A DNA stretch of 64,000 nt from an uncultured Actinomycetota bacterium (GCA_963801125.1 CAWDDL010000014.1:1209-65208), one strand, 5' to 3'; positions 26,978-36,866 are shown, counted from the stretch's first letter. Numbers and translations: made by a program. The notes: a model not told the origin generated them from the letters alone.

Positions 26978-27763
26978 TCACGGCTGGGGATCGGCGATGG
27001 TGCCGTTCTTGACGGGCGGCCGGCGAAGATCGACTGCGATGCAGGTCAGGCTCCCGTCCCGATTGTGGCCGGACAGCGCCAGGTACTCCCCGGGAGCTCC
27101 GCAGTCGAAGAGGACGCCGACGACGCCTGCGTTGCTCCGGACCTCGCTGAAGCCCTGCGCGCGAGCATCGTCGATCGCCTGGTCGGTGACCGCGTGCATG
27201 AAGCCGGCGCGGCTGGCGTCGTAAAAGCAGCCAAGGCCAGAGTCCGTGCGCAGCGAGGCGTAGCGCGATCCGTCGTGCATGGTGAACGCGTGGAAGGCCC
27301 TCACCTTCTCGGGCAGCCCGGCCAGCAGCAGACGGGGCCGGCCCGCGGCGTCGACGAACCGCCACGTGCGTACGGTCCCTCCCGGCGCGAGCGCCGTTCC
27401 CCTCCGCCGCTTCGGATCGGTCGGGTCGCGGAAGGCGAGCTCGCCGAACGGGCTCTCGAACGCGGTCTGGTGGCGAAGCGGCCAGGAGGGTCCCTCGCGC
27501 GCGGCCACCAGGTCCGCCGTGAGGATCGCCGACGCGGGACGTGTTCGGTCATGCCGGCCGAGGTCGAAGACGGTGGTGCCGCCGCGCGGGTGCTCGATCA
27601 CGGCCTGCCTCCGCCGCCGGTCGAAGCGGACGCGGCCTCCGCCGGTCAGCGGGATCGCCGTCGGGACCGAACTCCAGTCGACTCGTGCATGCCCACGAGC
27701 GAAGTAGCTGAACGCCTCGTCACTCGTCAACGCCGACACCGTGGCCGTCATCTCGTCGCTCAT
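26978..27763 (-). CDS. Hypothetical protein (261 aa), no family recognised
   Basis: It is a long ORF with balanced, non-repetitive composition and high third-position GC. No competing conserved ORF occupies the region. Confidence 0.55.
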   Translation of the reverse strand: MSDEMTATVSALTSDEAFSYFARGHARVDWSSVPTAIPLTGGGRVRFDRRRRQAVIEHPRGGTTVFDLGRHDRTRPASAILTADLVAAREGPSWPLRHQTAFESPFGELAFRDPTDPKRRRGTALAPGGTVRTWRFVDAAGRPRLLLAGLPEKVRAFHAFTMHDGSRYASLRTDSGLGCFYDASRAGFMHAVTDQAIDDARAQGFSEVRSNAGVVGVLFDCGAPGEYLALSGHNRDGSLTCIAVDLRRPPVKNGTIADPQP

Positions 27764-27988
27764 CCCGCCACGCTAATGGTTCGATAACGGCCGAGACGCA
27801 GCGTCGCCGGCCGTCGACTCTTTCCCGCCGACGACTGGCTCGTGACCCTGTGGACCGCGGGATGCTCGGCAACCGACCGCGGTCGCCCGGCCACTTACCG
27901 CGTCATACCGCTTGCTGGCCGGCCGGCACGCCGAGTCCCGACAGTGAGGGCGTGGCCCCGGGGCGCGCACACCGGGTCCGGCCGATCA

Positions 27989-28483
27989 TCACCGCGCGAT
28001 CCGCCGCTCATACCAACTGCCCGGTTTCCCGCCGAGCTCAGCGGGGTTGGCTCGACCGAGCAGAACAAAACCGGCCTTGACCAGGACACGCTGCGAGGCG
28101 ATGTTGGCGTCAGACGTGGCTGCACGGATCGTGTGCAGTCCGAGCGCGCTCGCGGCGCATCTGCACCACCGGTCGACAGTCGCCGTCGCAACGCCCCGCC
28201 CCGCGACGCGCTGGGCCACCCGGTAGCCGAGTACGGCAGAGCTGTCGTTGATGCCTCTTAGGTTGAATCGGCCGAGGATTGATCCGGCGTCGTCGACGAG
28301 CACGTAGCACGCGCACTCGCCCGCCTCCTGCTCCACCAACAACTCGGCCTGCCGCTCAGCGAAGTGATCGAAGTACTCTTCGCCGCGGTCCGAAATGGAG
28401 CTGGCGAAGTACGACCTGTTCTCCAGCTCAAAGACGAGTACGGCCGAATTGTGATCGACGCTCAGACGCTGGAGGTGTGACAC
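27989..28483 (-). CDS. GNAT-family N-acetyltransferase
   Basis: 164 aa with GNAT motif A, LGYRVAQRVAGRGVATATVDRWCRCAASALGLHTIRAATSDANIASQRVLVKAGF. Confidence 0.8.
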   Translation of the reverse strand: MSHLQRLSVDHNSAVLVFELENRSYFASSISDRGEEYFDHFAERQAELLVEQEAGECACYVLVDDAGSILGRFNLRGINDSSAVLGYRVAQRVAGRGVATATVDRWCRCAASALGLHTIRAATSDANIASQRVLVKAGFVLLGRANPAELGGKPGSWYERRIAR

Positions 28484-28540
28484 CCTCCGACTCTAGGTAA
28501 GGCGGCGGGGGCCATCACGACAGCGGCGCGTCACACCGCA

Positions 28541-29085
28541 GCGACTTCGCACCTGGGCTCGTCTCGGTCCTGACGTCCTTCCAGGGCGCTGGACTCGCGT
28601 TCTACCCGGGCAGATGTTCGACCTGGCCGGCATCGACGTTGAGGAGATCGCCACCGCGCTCGCGGATCAGACCGACTACGAACACCGTTGGCTGCTCGAC
28701 CCGCGAACGGGCCAGGTGGCGTTCTGGACCAGCGACACAGGCATCGACGGTGAGAACCCCGTCGAGATCGACGATCTGGACCTCATTCCCATCGACCCGA
28801 TCCCGTCGTACGTCTGGTACCAGGACATGGCCGACTTCGCTGAGGGCATCAGCGACGACGCGGCCGGCCGACGCCTGGCCAGGGCGCTTCAGGGACGGGG
28901 AGCGTTCCGACGGTTCAAGAACGAGCTCTACGAGCACCACCCCGAGCTCATCTCTGCCTGGCACGCCCTGCGTGATGTCCGAGCCAAGCGCCGCGCCGTC
29001 GAATGGCTCCTAGACCAGGTCCTCATCGACGACGACGCCGCCGAGAACTTCGCGGCCGACCACCCAGACCCCGATCTTCCCTGCT
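28541..29085 (+). repeat. Direct repeat copy 1 (UPF0158 gene plus 73 nt of upstream sequence)
   Basis: 28541-29011 matches 45664-46135 with about 6 substitutions and one 1-nt indel. Identity drops sharply after GAATGGCTCCT but homology continues to the stop codon. Confidence 0.9.
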
Positions 29086-29099
29086 ACCGACATTCGTAA
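28614..29099 (+). CDS. UPF0158-family protein, copy 1
   Basis: 161 aa (MFDLAGIDVEEIATALADQTDYEHRWLLDPRTGQVAFW...GRGAFRRFKNELYEHHPELISAWHAL...). Confidence 0.75.
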   Translation: MFDLAGIDVEEIATALADQTDYEHRWLLDPRTGQVAFWTSDTGIDGENPVEIDDLDLIPIDPIPSYVWYQDMADFAEGISDDAAGRRLARALQGRGAFRRFKNELYEHHPELISAWHALRDVRAKRRAVEWLLDQVLIDDDAAENFAADHPDPDLPCYRHS

Positions 29100-29111
29100 C
29101 GACGGACGCCC

Positions 29112-29543
29112 TCAGCTTGCCGGACGCGCCAATCGCTCGTCAGGAATGACAGCAACGCCGAGGATCTCGATGAGCGCTTCTGGCTGCCACAGCCCCGCGG
29201 TGCCGATGCCCGCCATCGCGGGATAGACCGGCCCGGCGAGCTCGCGCCACACGGCACCGATCTCGCGGCCGTGAGCCTGGTAGTCGGGGATGTCAGTGAG
29301 GTAGATCGTGATCGAGACCAGATCCTCCGGGACCCCGCCTGCCTCGCGCAGCGTCGTCAGCACGTTTCCGAAGGCCTGGCGGAACTGCTCGACGATGCCG
29401 CCCTCGACGATGCGCATGTCGGCGTCGAGCGCCGTCTGCCCTCCCAGGTACAGCGTGTTCCCGCTCAAAGTGCCGTGGGAGTAGCCGCTCGGCGCCGGCA
29501 GCGACGCGGGATTGACGGGAATCGGCGCGAGGTGGGAAGCCAT
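29112..29543 (-). CDS. RidA/YjgF-family protein
   Basis: 143 aa (…YSHGTLSGNTLYLGGQTALD…FGNVLTTLREAGGVPEDLVSITIYLTD…). Confidence 0.85.
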   Translation of the reverse strand: MASHLAPIPVNPASLPAPSGYSHGTLSGNTLYLGGQTALDADMRIVEGGIVEQFRQAFGNVLTTLREAGGVPEDLVSITIYLTDIPDYQAHGREIGAVWRELAGPVYPAMAGIGTAGLWQPEALIEILGVAVIPDERLARPAS

Positions 29544-29600
29544 GCCGGGACCCTAGGACATCTATTGACAATCGCGCAACGTTCGTGAGGAGAATGAAAT

Positions 29601-30269
29601 ATGCCGTCCGGTGCGCACGCCCTTCCTCTCGCCTCCCCAGGCAAGGTCATCTGCTGCGGCCTCAACTACGCCGACCACATCCTCGAGATGGGCCGCGAGC
29701 TCCCGACTCACCCGACTCTCTTCGCGAAGTACGCCGACACGCTCGTCCCCGACGGCGCCGACATCGTGCTTCCTCGCAGCGTCCAGGTCGACTGGGAGGC
29801 CGAGCTGGCCGTTGTGGTCGGGATCGAGATCCGCGGCGCAACCCGCGCTGAGGCCGAACGGGCCATCGGTGGCTACACCGTCGCCAACGACATCTCCGTG
29901 CGCGACTGGCAGAACCGGACGCTCCAGTGGTTCCAGGGCAAGGCCTGGGACGCCACCACGCCCATCGGCCCCGTCATCGTCCCGCCGGACGCCCTCGACC
30001 CAGTGGAGGGCGTCGAGGTGATCTGCCGCGTCAACGGCGAGGAGCGTCAGCGCGGCAACACCCGCACGCTCGTCTTCGACTGCCCCGACCTCTTGGCATA
30101 CATCTCGACCTTTACGGTGCTGCGCCCCGGCGACGTCGTCCTCACCGGCACACCCGGAGGAGTCGGCATGGGCATGACCCCGCCGACCTGCCTGGCCGAC
30201 GGCGATGTCGTCGAGACCGAGATACACGGCATCGGGACCCTCACCAACACCGTCCGCCTCACCGCCTGA
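29601..30269 (+). CDS. Fumarylacetoacetate hydrolase (FAH)-family protein
   Basis: 222 aa (KVICCGLNYADH...WEAELAVVVG...ANDISVRDWQ...KAWD...PGDVVLTGTPGGVG). AGGAGA lies upstream of the ATG. Confidence 0.85.
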   Translation: MPSGAHALPLASPGKVICCGLNYADHILEMGRELPTHPTLFAKYADTLVPDGADIVLPRSVQVDWEAELAVVVGIEIRGATRAEAERAIGGYTVANDISVRDWQNRTLQWFQGKAWDATTPIGPVIVPPDALDPVEGVEVICRVNGEERQRGNTRTLVFDCPDLLAYISTFTVLRPGDVVLTGTPGGVGMGMTPPTCLADGDVVETEIHGIGTLTNTVRLTA

Positions 30270-30319
30270 CACCAGGCACGACCAGCGTCCGCCCAGATCC
30301 AGCACAGAACAGGACTCCC

Positions 30320-30805
30320 ATGGATCCCAACCTCGACAACTACGTTCTCGAAGGCGACGCCTCCACGTACGCCAACGAGTCGGGGCTCGTCGTCCCGTTC
30401 GTCACCCGCGCCGGGCAGGAGCCCGACCTCACCGGGCAGAGCGAGGGCGCCACCCGCGTCAGCGGCGTCAGCATCCAGCACACGCCGGCGACGAAGCTGT
30501 GGTTCGGCCAGGTGCGCAACCTGGCCGGCTACCGCTCGGCCCCTCACCACCACGGCGAGGCCGAGACCGGTGGCTTCGTGCTCTCCGGCCGGGCGCGGAT
30601 CTACTTCGGCGAGCGCTTCGAGGACTACATCGACATGTCTGAGGGCGACTGGGTCTTCGTCCCGCCCTTCATGCCCCACGTGGAGTGCAACCTCGATCGC
30701 AACAACCCGCTCACCTGGATGACCACCCGGACGCCGGAGAACATCGTCGTCAACTTGCCGCAGGTCGACGACGCCGACCTGCCCGACTGGGCGGACCGCC
30801 CGTGA
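30320..30805 (+). CDS. Cupin-domain protein (monocupin, about 161 aa)
   Basis: From ATG 30320 within ORF 29927..30805. The metal-site-like segment is SAPHHHGEAETGGFVLSGRARIYFGE...GDWVFVPPFMPHVECN. Confidence 0.7.
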   Translation: MDPNLDNYVLEGDASTYANESGLVVPFVTRAGQEPDLTGQSEGATRVSGVSIQHTPATKLWFGQVRNLAGYRSAPHHHGEAETGGFVLSGRARIYFGERFEDYIDMSEGDWVFVPPFMPHVECNLDRNNPLTWMTTRTPENIVVNLPQVDDADLPDWADRP

Positions 30806-31713
30806 CCGCCACGGCGCCGACCTCGCGGACCTTCACCGACGCCGTAGCGCTGTGCGAGTGCGAGGCAGAGGTCTTCGACCGCGCGTTCACGGCCACCACC
30901 CAGCCTTGCCCGTGGCCCAAGGCCTACGGCGGCGACATGGTCGCCCAGGCGCTCGTCGCCGCCTCGCTCACCGTGACCGACGGCAAGTCCATGCACTCGA
31001 TGCACTCCTACTTCATGCGGCCTGTCGACATCGGCGCCGAGGTCCGCTACGAGGTCGAAGTACTGCGCGACGGCCGCGGCTACAGCACCCGCCAGGTCCG
31101 AGGCTTCCAGAACGGCAAACCGGTCTACGTCTGCCTGGCGAGCTTCGCCGCCGGCGAGCCGAGCGGCAGCTTCCAGGCAACCGCACCCGCCGAAGTGCCG
31201 GGCCCGGACGAGCTGCCGACCTCGGCCGCCTACCTCGAGGGCCGCACCGGCGGCACGATGACCGAGACGTCGAAGGCCTACTGGTCGAGCGGGCGCAGCT
31301 TCGACATGCGCCACGTCCCCGGCCCGGTCTACCTCACCGTCGAGGGCGAGCAGTCGCCCCATCAGGCGATATGGGTGAAGCCGTACGACGCCCTGCGTCC
31401 GGTCGAGGGGCTCACCGAGGCCCAGCGCGACACGGCCGCCCTCGCCTACGTCTGCGACTACACGATCCTCGAGCCCGCCCTGCGGGTCCTCGGACTCGCC
31501 TGGGCCGACGAGGGACTCGTGACCGCCAGCCTCGACCACGCCATGTGGTTCCACCGGCCGGTGTCGATGGGTGACTGGCTGCTCTACGCGCAGGAGGCGA
31601 TGGCGGTCGCGGACGGCCGCGGCTCCGCCGTCGGCCGCTTCTTCGATACCGGCGGCACGCTCGTCGCGACCGTCGTCCAGGAGGGCATGCTGCGCGCCGG
31701 GAGTGGCCGATGA
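30802..31713 (+). CDS. Acyl-CoA thioesterase II (TesB-like, double hot-dog)
   Basis: From GTG 30802, which forms a GTGA overlap with the cupin stop (…GGDMVAQALVAASLTV...SMHSYFMRPVD...VEVLRDGRGYSTRQV...). Confidence 0.8.
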   Translation: MTATAPTSRTFTDAVALCECEAEVFDRAFTATTQPCPWPKAYGGDMVAQALVAASLTVTDGKSMHSMHSYFMRPVDIGAEVRYEVEVLRDGRGYSTRQVRGFQNGKPVYVCLASFAAGEPSGSFQATAPAEVPGPDELPTSAAYLEGRTGGTMTETSKAYWSSGRSFDMRHVPGPVYLTVEGEQSPHQAIWVKPYDALRPVEGLTEAQRDTAALAYVCDYTILEPALRVLGLAWADEGLVTASLDHAMWFHRPVSMGDWLLYAQEAMAVADGRGSAVGRFFDTGGTLVATVVQEGMLRAGSGR

Positions 31714-33368
31714 GCGCGCCATTCCTGAGCCCGTCGGGCTACGCCGACACCTTCGCGCGCGACCACTTGCCGCCGGCCGATCAGTGGCCGACGTTGGAGT
31801 TCACCACCGACTGGCTGCACTACCCCGACCGCCTCAACGCCGGCGTTGAGCTCCTCGGTGCGGTCATCGCCAAGCACGGACCCGATCGCCCGGCCCTGCG
31901 CACGCCCGACGGCGAGGTCTGGACCTACGGCCAGTTGCAGACCCGCACCAACCAGATCGCCCACGTGCTGGTGGACGACCTCGGTCTGGTCAGCGGGAAC
32001 CGGGTGCTGCTCCGCTCTCCCAACAACCCGTGGACCGTCGCCGCCTGGCTAGGCGTCCTCAAAGCCGGCGGCATCGTCGTCACCACCATGGCGGCGCTCC
32101 GCGCGACCGAGCTGGCTCCGATCGTGCAGAAGACTCGGCCAGCCTTGGCGCTGGTCGACCACCGCTTCGTCGACGACGTACACACGGTGCGCGACAGCGT
32201 TGCACCCGACCTGGTCGTCGTCGCCTACGGAGGCGACGCCGAAGACGACCTCACCCATCGCCTCGAGGGCCACCCCGGCGACTTCGACGCCGTCGACACG
32301 GCCGCCGACGACGTCGCTCTCTTCGGACCGACCTCCGGCACCACCGGCGTCCCGAAGATCACGACGCACTTCCACCGCGACGTGCTCTCGATCGACAACA
32401 CCTTCGGCCGCGCCGTGCTCAGGCTCGAGCCCGACGACCTCGTCGCCTGCACCGCCCCGCTCGCCTTCACCTTCGGGCTCGGGATGCTCGTGGTCTTCAC
32501 ACTCCGGGCGGGCGCGTGCGCTCTTCTCACCGAGTCGGCCACGCCGGCCCAGCTCGCCGATCTGGTCGCCGAGCACGGCGTCACCGCGCTCGCCACCGCA
32601 CCGACGGCGTACAAGCAGATACTCGCCTCGGGCCGCATCGAGAAGCTCTGCGGCCTTCGCGTCGCGGTTTCGGCTGGCGAGCACATGGCACAGGCGACGT
32701 GGGAGCGGATCGAGCAGGAGATCGGCCTGAAGGTGATCGACGGCATCGGCGCCACCGAGATGCTCCACATCTTCGTCTCGGCCGCCGGTGACGACATCCG
32801 CCCCGGCGCCACCGGAAAGCCGGTCGCCGGCTACCGTGCCGCGATTCTCGACGCCGATGGCAACGAGCTCGGCGACGGACAGGAGGGCCGGCTCGGCGTC
32901 ATCGGGCCGGTCGGGTGCCGCTACCTCGACGACGAGCGCCAGCGCGGCTACGTGGTCAACGGGTGGAACGTCACCGGTGACACCTTCGTCCGCGACGCCG
33001 ACGGCTACTACTTCTACCGCTCGCGCACCGACAACATGATCGTCTCCTCGGGCTACAACATCAGTGGCCCGGAGGTCGAGGAGGCGCTCGCCAACCACCC
33101 CGACGTCGTCGAGGTGGGTGTCGTCGCGGCGCCCGACGAGGAGCGCGGGGCGATCGTCTGCGCGTTCGTCGTGCTGCGCGAGGACGTCGAGGGAGACGCC
33201 GGCAAGGTCAAGGAGCTTCAGGACCACGTCAAGGGTCGGCTGGCCCCGTACAAGTACCCCCGCGCCGTGCGCTTCATCAACGCGATGCCGCGCAACACCA
33301 GCGGGAAGCTGCAGCACTTCAAGCTGCGCCAGATGACCGAGTCCGAAGGACCGGAGGGATCGGGATGA
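31710..33368 (+). CDS. Aryl-CoA ligase (AMP-binding; 2-aminobenzoate/benzoate/salicylate-CoA ligase-like)
   Basis: 552 aa. The AMP-binding motifs are LFGPTSGTTGVPKIT and VTGDTFVRDADGYYFYRSRTDNMIVSSGYNI. ATGA overlaps occur at both ends. Confidence 0.85.
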   Translation: MSAPFLSPSGYADTFARDHLPPADQWPTLEFTTDWLHYPDRLNAGVELLGAVIAKHGPDRPALRTPDGEVWTYGQLQTRTNQIAHVLVDDLGLVSGNRVLLRSPNNPWTVAAWLGVLKAGGIVVTTMAALRATELAPIVQKTRPALALVDHRFVDDVHTVRDSVAPDLVVVAYGGDAEDDLTHRLEGHPGDFDAVDTAADDVALFGPTSGTTGVPKITTHFHRDVLSIDNTFGRAVLRLEPDDLVACTAPLAFTFGLGMLVVFTLRAGACALLTESATPAQLADLVAEHGVTALATAPTAYKQILASGRIEKLCGLRVAVSAGEHMAQATWERIEQEIGLKVIDGIGATEMLHIFVSAAGDDIRPGATGKPVAGYRAAILDADGNELGDGQEGRLGVIGPVGCRYLDDERQRGYVVNGWNVTGDTFVRDADGYYFYRSRTDNMIVSSGYNISGPEVEEALANHPDVVEVGVVAAPDEERGAIVCAFVVLREDVEGDAGKVKELQDHVKGRLAPYKYPRAVRFINAMPRNTSGKLQHFKLRQMTESEGPEGSG

Positions 33369-35752
33369 GGATCGCAATCGCCGGTGGCGGGCCCGGAGGT
33401 CTCTACTTCGCGACCCTGATGAAGACGCTCGACCCCTCGCACGACATCACCGTGTGGGAGCGCAACGCGCCTGACGACACCTTCGGCTTCGGCGTCGTGT
33501 TCTCCGACGAGACGCTCGGCAGCATCGAGGGCGCCGATCGGGTCGTGCACGAGCAGATGGAGAAGCGCTTCGCCAGGTGGACCGACATCGACGTCGCCGT
33601 GACCGACAGGGAGGGCGACACGCGGTCCTTCACTGTTGGCGGCCAGGGCTTTGCGGCGATGTCGCGCAAGGAGCTGCTCCAGATTCTCCAGGAGCGCGTC
33701 GCCGAACTCGGGGTGACCGTTCACTACCGCACCGAGACGCCCGACCCCGACGAGCTGCGGTCGTCGTACGACCTGGTACTCGCTTCCGATGGGCTCAACT
33801 CCCAGATCCGCACCAAGTACGCCGACCGGTTCCGGCCCTCGCTCGACCGTCGGCACAACAAGTACATCTGGTTCGGCACCGACCTGGTCTTCGAGGCGTT
33901 CCAGTTCTTCGTCAAGCAGACGCAGTGGGGCACCATGCAGATCCACGGGTACCCGTTCTCCGAGTCGGGTTCGACCTTCATCGTCGAGATGCACGAGGAC
34001 GTGTGGCGTCGCGCAGGATTCGACCGCACCGAGTCCGAGAGCTTGCCGCCCGGCACCTCTGACGAGTACGCCGTCGAGCGGATCGCAGAGATCTTCGCTG
34101 ACGAACTGCAGGGCCACGAGATCCTCACCAACAACTCCAAGTGGCTCAACTTCCACACCGTGCGCAACGAGAGCTGGCACGACGGCAACGTGGTGCTGCT
34201 CGGCGACGCCGCGCACACCGCGCACTTCTCCATCGGCTCCGGCACGAAGCTCGCCATGGAGGACTCCCTCGCCCTGGCCGCCTGCCTTCACGAGCACCCG
34301 AGGTTGGAGGCGGCGCTGGAGGCCTACCAGACCGAGCGCAAGCCGGTCGTGGAGTCGACCCAGCGCGCTGCCCAGGCGTCGCTCGAGTGGTTCGAGAACA
34401 TCGGAATGTACGCCGATCAGGACCCCGCGCAGTTCGTGTTCAATCTGCTCACCCGGTCCCGACGGATCACCTTCGAGAGTCTCCGGGAGCGCGACGCCGA
34501 GTTCGCGGCGCGGATGGAGGCGGAGTTCGCGCGCAGCCAGGACGGCGAGGACGGAGCACCGGCGATGTTCCAGCCGGTGCGCATCGGTGATCTCGAGCTG
34601 AAGAACCGCGTCATCCTCTCGCCGATGGACATGTACTGCGCCACCGACGGGATTCCCGACGAGTTCCACCTGGTGCACCTCGGGTCGAAGGCCCTCGGCG
34701 GCGCGGGCCTGGTGATGACGGAGATGACGTGCGTGTCCCCCGAGGGCCGGATCAGCCCCGGCTGCCCCGGGATCTGGAACGACGCGCAGCGCGACGCGTG
34801 GAGCCGGGTCGCCGACTTCGTCCACAACCGGACGACCGCGCGCATCGGGATGCAGCTCGGCCACTCCGGCCGCAAGGGCTCGACGAAACTCATGTGGGAG
34901 GGCATGGACGAGCCCCTGGATGAGGGCAACTGGGAGGTCCTCGCGCCGTCGCCGCTCCCCTACGGTGCCGGCTGCCACGTGCCGCGCGAGGCCACCCGCG
35001 CCGACCTCGATGCCGTCGTCGCCGACTTCGTCGCCTCGGCGGAGCGTGCCGTGGAGGCCGGCTTCGACCTCATCGAGCTGCACGCTGCGCACGGCTACCT
35101 GCTGAGCTCGTTCCTCTCGCCGGTCTCGAACCAGCGCACCGACGACTACGGCGGCTCGCTGGAGAACCGGATGCGCTTCCCGCTCGAAGTCTTCGACGCC
35201 GTCCGAGCGGCTGTGCCCGGCCACGTGCCGGTCACCGTCCGCATCTCGGCGACCGACTGGATGCCGGACGGCAACACCGACGAGGACGCGGTCGAGATCG
35301 CGCACGCCTTCAGCGAGCACGGTGCCGCCGCGATCGACGTCTCCTCGGGCCAGGTCAGCAAGGACGAGAAGCCGGCCTTCGGGCGGTCCTACCAGACCCC
35401 GTTCGCCGACAAGATCCGCCACCGAGTCGCAGCCCCCGCCGGCGTGAAGGTGATAGCGGTCGGCGCGATCTCGAGCTACGACGATGTCAACTCGATCCTG
35501 CTCGCCGGGCGCGCCGACCTGTGCGCGCTGGGCCGCCCTCACCTCTACGACCCGAACTGGACGCTGCACGCCGCCGCCGAGCAGGAGTACGCCGGCCCGG
35601 GCGCGGACTGGCCGGACATGTGGGCCGCCGGCCGCCGGCGGCCGCCCACCTCGCGAACCGACAAGATCCCGCCGCGGCTCCAGCTGCTCCGCGAGGGCGT
35701 GAACAACCAGGTGCACCTCCGTTGGACCCCGGAGGGCACGGTGCGGACGTGA
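33365..35752 (+). CDS. Bifunctional FAD monooxygenase + Old-Yellow-Enzyme-type reductase (salicylyl-CoA 5-hydroxylase / 2-aminobenzoyl-CoA monooxygenase-reductase family)
   Basis: 795 aa. The N-terminus reads MRIAIAGGGPGGLY...LLGDAAHTAHFSIGSGTKLAMED. The C-terminal OYE fold reads LKNRVILSPMDMY...GFDLIELHAAHGYLLSSFLSP. Confidence 0.8.
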   Translation: MRIAIAGGGPGGLYFATLMKTLDPSHDITVWERNAPDDTFGFGVVFSDETLGSIEGADRVVHEQMEKRFARWTDIDVAVTDREGDTRSFTVGGQGFAAMSRKELLQILQERVAELGVTVHYRTETPDPDELRSSYDLVLASDGLNSQIRTKYADRFRPSLDRRHNKYIWFGTDLVFEAFQFFVKQTQWGTMQIHGYPFSESGSTFIVEMHEDVWRRAGFDRTESESLPPGTSDEYAVERIAEIFADELQGHEILTNNSKWLNFHTVRNESWHDGNVVLLGDAAHTAHFSIGSGTKLAMEDSLALAACLHEHPRLEAALEAYQTERKPVVESTQRAAQASLEWFENIGMYADQDPAQFVFNLLTRSRRITFESLRERDAEFAARMEAEFARSQDGEDGAPAMFQPVRIGDLELKNRVILSPMDMYCATDGIPDEFHLVHLGSKALGGAGLVMTEMTCVSPEGRISPGCPGIWNDAQRDAWSRVADFVHNRTTARIGMQLGHSGRKGSTKLMWEGMDEPLDEGNWEVLAPSPLPYGAGCHVPREATRADLDAVVADFVASAERAVEAGFDLIELHAAHGYLLSSFLSPVSNQRTDDYGGSLENRMRFPLEVFDAVRAAVPGHVPVTVRISATDWMPDGNTDEDAVEIAHAFSEHGAAAIDVSSGQVSKDEKPAFGRSYQTPFADKIRHRVAAPAGVKVIAVGAISSYDDVNSILLAGRADLCALGRPHLYDPNWTLHAAAEQEYAGPGADWPDMWAAGRRRPPTSRTDKIPPRLQLLREGVNNQVHLRWTPEGTVRT

Positions 35753-36627
35753 CCGCCGAAAGAACGCGCGCAGTGAGTGACAGTAGCCCCGCAACCCACC
35801 CGAACCGCCAGTCCCGCTCCACAGTGGTCACCTTCTTGGGGGCGGTGGTGCGACCGCTCGGGTCGTGGATGCCGATCGCCGGCACCGTTGACCTGCTCAC
35901 CCAGGCCGGGCTGGACGCGCCGTCCGTCCGCACCGCCGTGCACCGGCTCAAGGGCAACGGCTGGCTGGCGTCCGAGGTGCGTGATGGCGCCCGCGGCTAC
36001 GCCCTCACCACCGCCGCGCTCGACACACTCGCCGCCGGGGATGAGGTGATCTGGCACGCACGTACTCCGGCCGACCTCGCGGACGGTTGGTGCATCGTCC
36101 ACTTCGGCGTGCCGGAGACCATGCGGGCCAAACGTCAGCAACTTCGCGCCCACCTGTCATCGCTCGGCTTCGGCAACGTCGGGACTGCGCTGTGGATCGC
36201 GCCCGCGCGGATGCGCGCTGCCGCCGAACGCGCGGTCGCCGAACTCGGCCTCGAGGCCCACACCGCCGTCTTCGTCGGCGCCTACCACGGCACGCAGGAC
36301 CTCACCAGACTCCTCTACGGCAGCTGGGACCTGGCGGCGATCGACGAGGCATATCGCGAGTTCGTCGCGACTTACGAACCGGTCGTCGCTGCTGCCGAGC
36401 GCAGGCAGCCCGATCAAGCATCCGCCTTCGTCACCTACCTCGACGCACTGGACCAGTGGCGCAAGCTGCCCTACAAGGACCCCGGACTTCCCGCCGAAGT
36501 TCTGGCATCGGACTGGCATGGCCCTCAGGCAACTGCAGTATTCGAGAGGCTCGTCTCGGCGTTGGAGCGGCCCGCACTAGTCCACGCCCGCACCCACTGG
36601 CCGGCTCTCGGGACCCCGCCCGAATGA
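35749..36627 (+). CDS. PaaX-family transcriptional regulator
   Basis: From GTG 35749, which forms a GTGA overlap with the upstream stop (…VVTFLGAVVRPLGSWMPIAGTVDLLTQAGLDAPSVRTAVHRLKGNGWL…LGFGNVGTALWIAP…). Confidence 0.75.
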   Translation: MTAERTRAVSDSSPATHPNRQSRSTVVTFLGAVVRPLGSWMPIAGTVDLLTQAGLDAPSVRTAVHRLKGNGWLASEVRDGARGYALTTAALDTLAAGDEVIWHARTPADLADGWCIVHFGVPETMRAKRQQLRAHLSSLGFGNVGTALWIAPARMRAAAERAVAELGLEAHTAVFVGAYHGTQDLTRLLYGSWDLAAIDEAYREFVATYEPVVAAAERRQPDQASAFVTYLDALDQWRKLPYKDPGLPAEVLASDWHGPQATAVFERLVSALERPALVHARTHWPALGTPPE

Positions 36628-36866
36628 GGGTCACCGTTCGTCCCCTCGTCTCGTTCCGAGGAAGGCTCGAGGAATGAGTTCGCCCACGCCGTGAGCGGCA
36701 TTCCGGACGCGCGCTGATCGCACAACTTCGCGGCGTGCGTCATGCCGCCAGCCGGGCCGCCGGGCTTTCACCCACATGCTTGTATGCCGGTGATCGCGCA
36801 TCGGGTTCGAGTGACGACAGCGAGAACCCAGTGGCTTCTCGGCCCGCCGGAAGCGAGGATGTCCGG

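Noticed and set aside
29565-29593. TTGACA plus an ATCGCGCAACG segment upstream of the FAH gene, considered as a promoter or PaaX box
   Set aside because: No acceptable -10 lies at 16-19 nt spacing, because that position is occupied by the AGGAGA ribosome-binding site. The resemblance to the E. coli PaaX consensus is too weak to call.
33218-35794. 858-aa minus-strand ORF antisense to the monooxygenase/OYE fusion gene. Similar cases are 59002..60975 antisense to korA and 52206..54239 / 52702..54588 antisense to the M20 and decarboxylase genes.
   Set aside because: These are antisense mirror ORFs of strongly conserved genes, with low-complexity composition.
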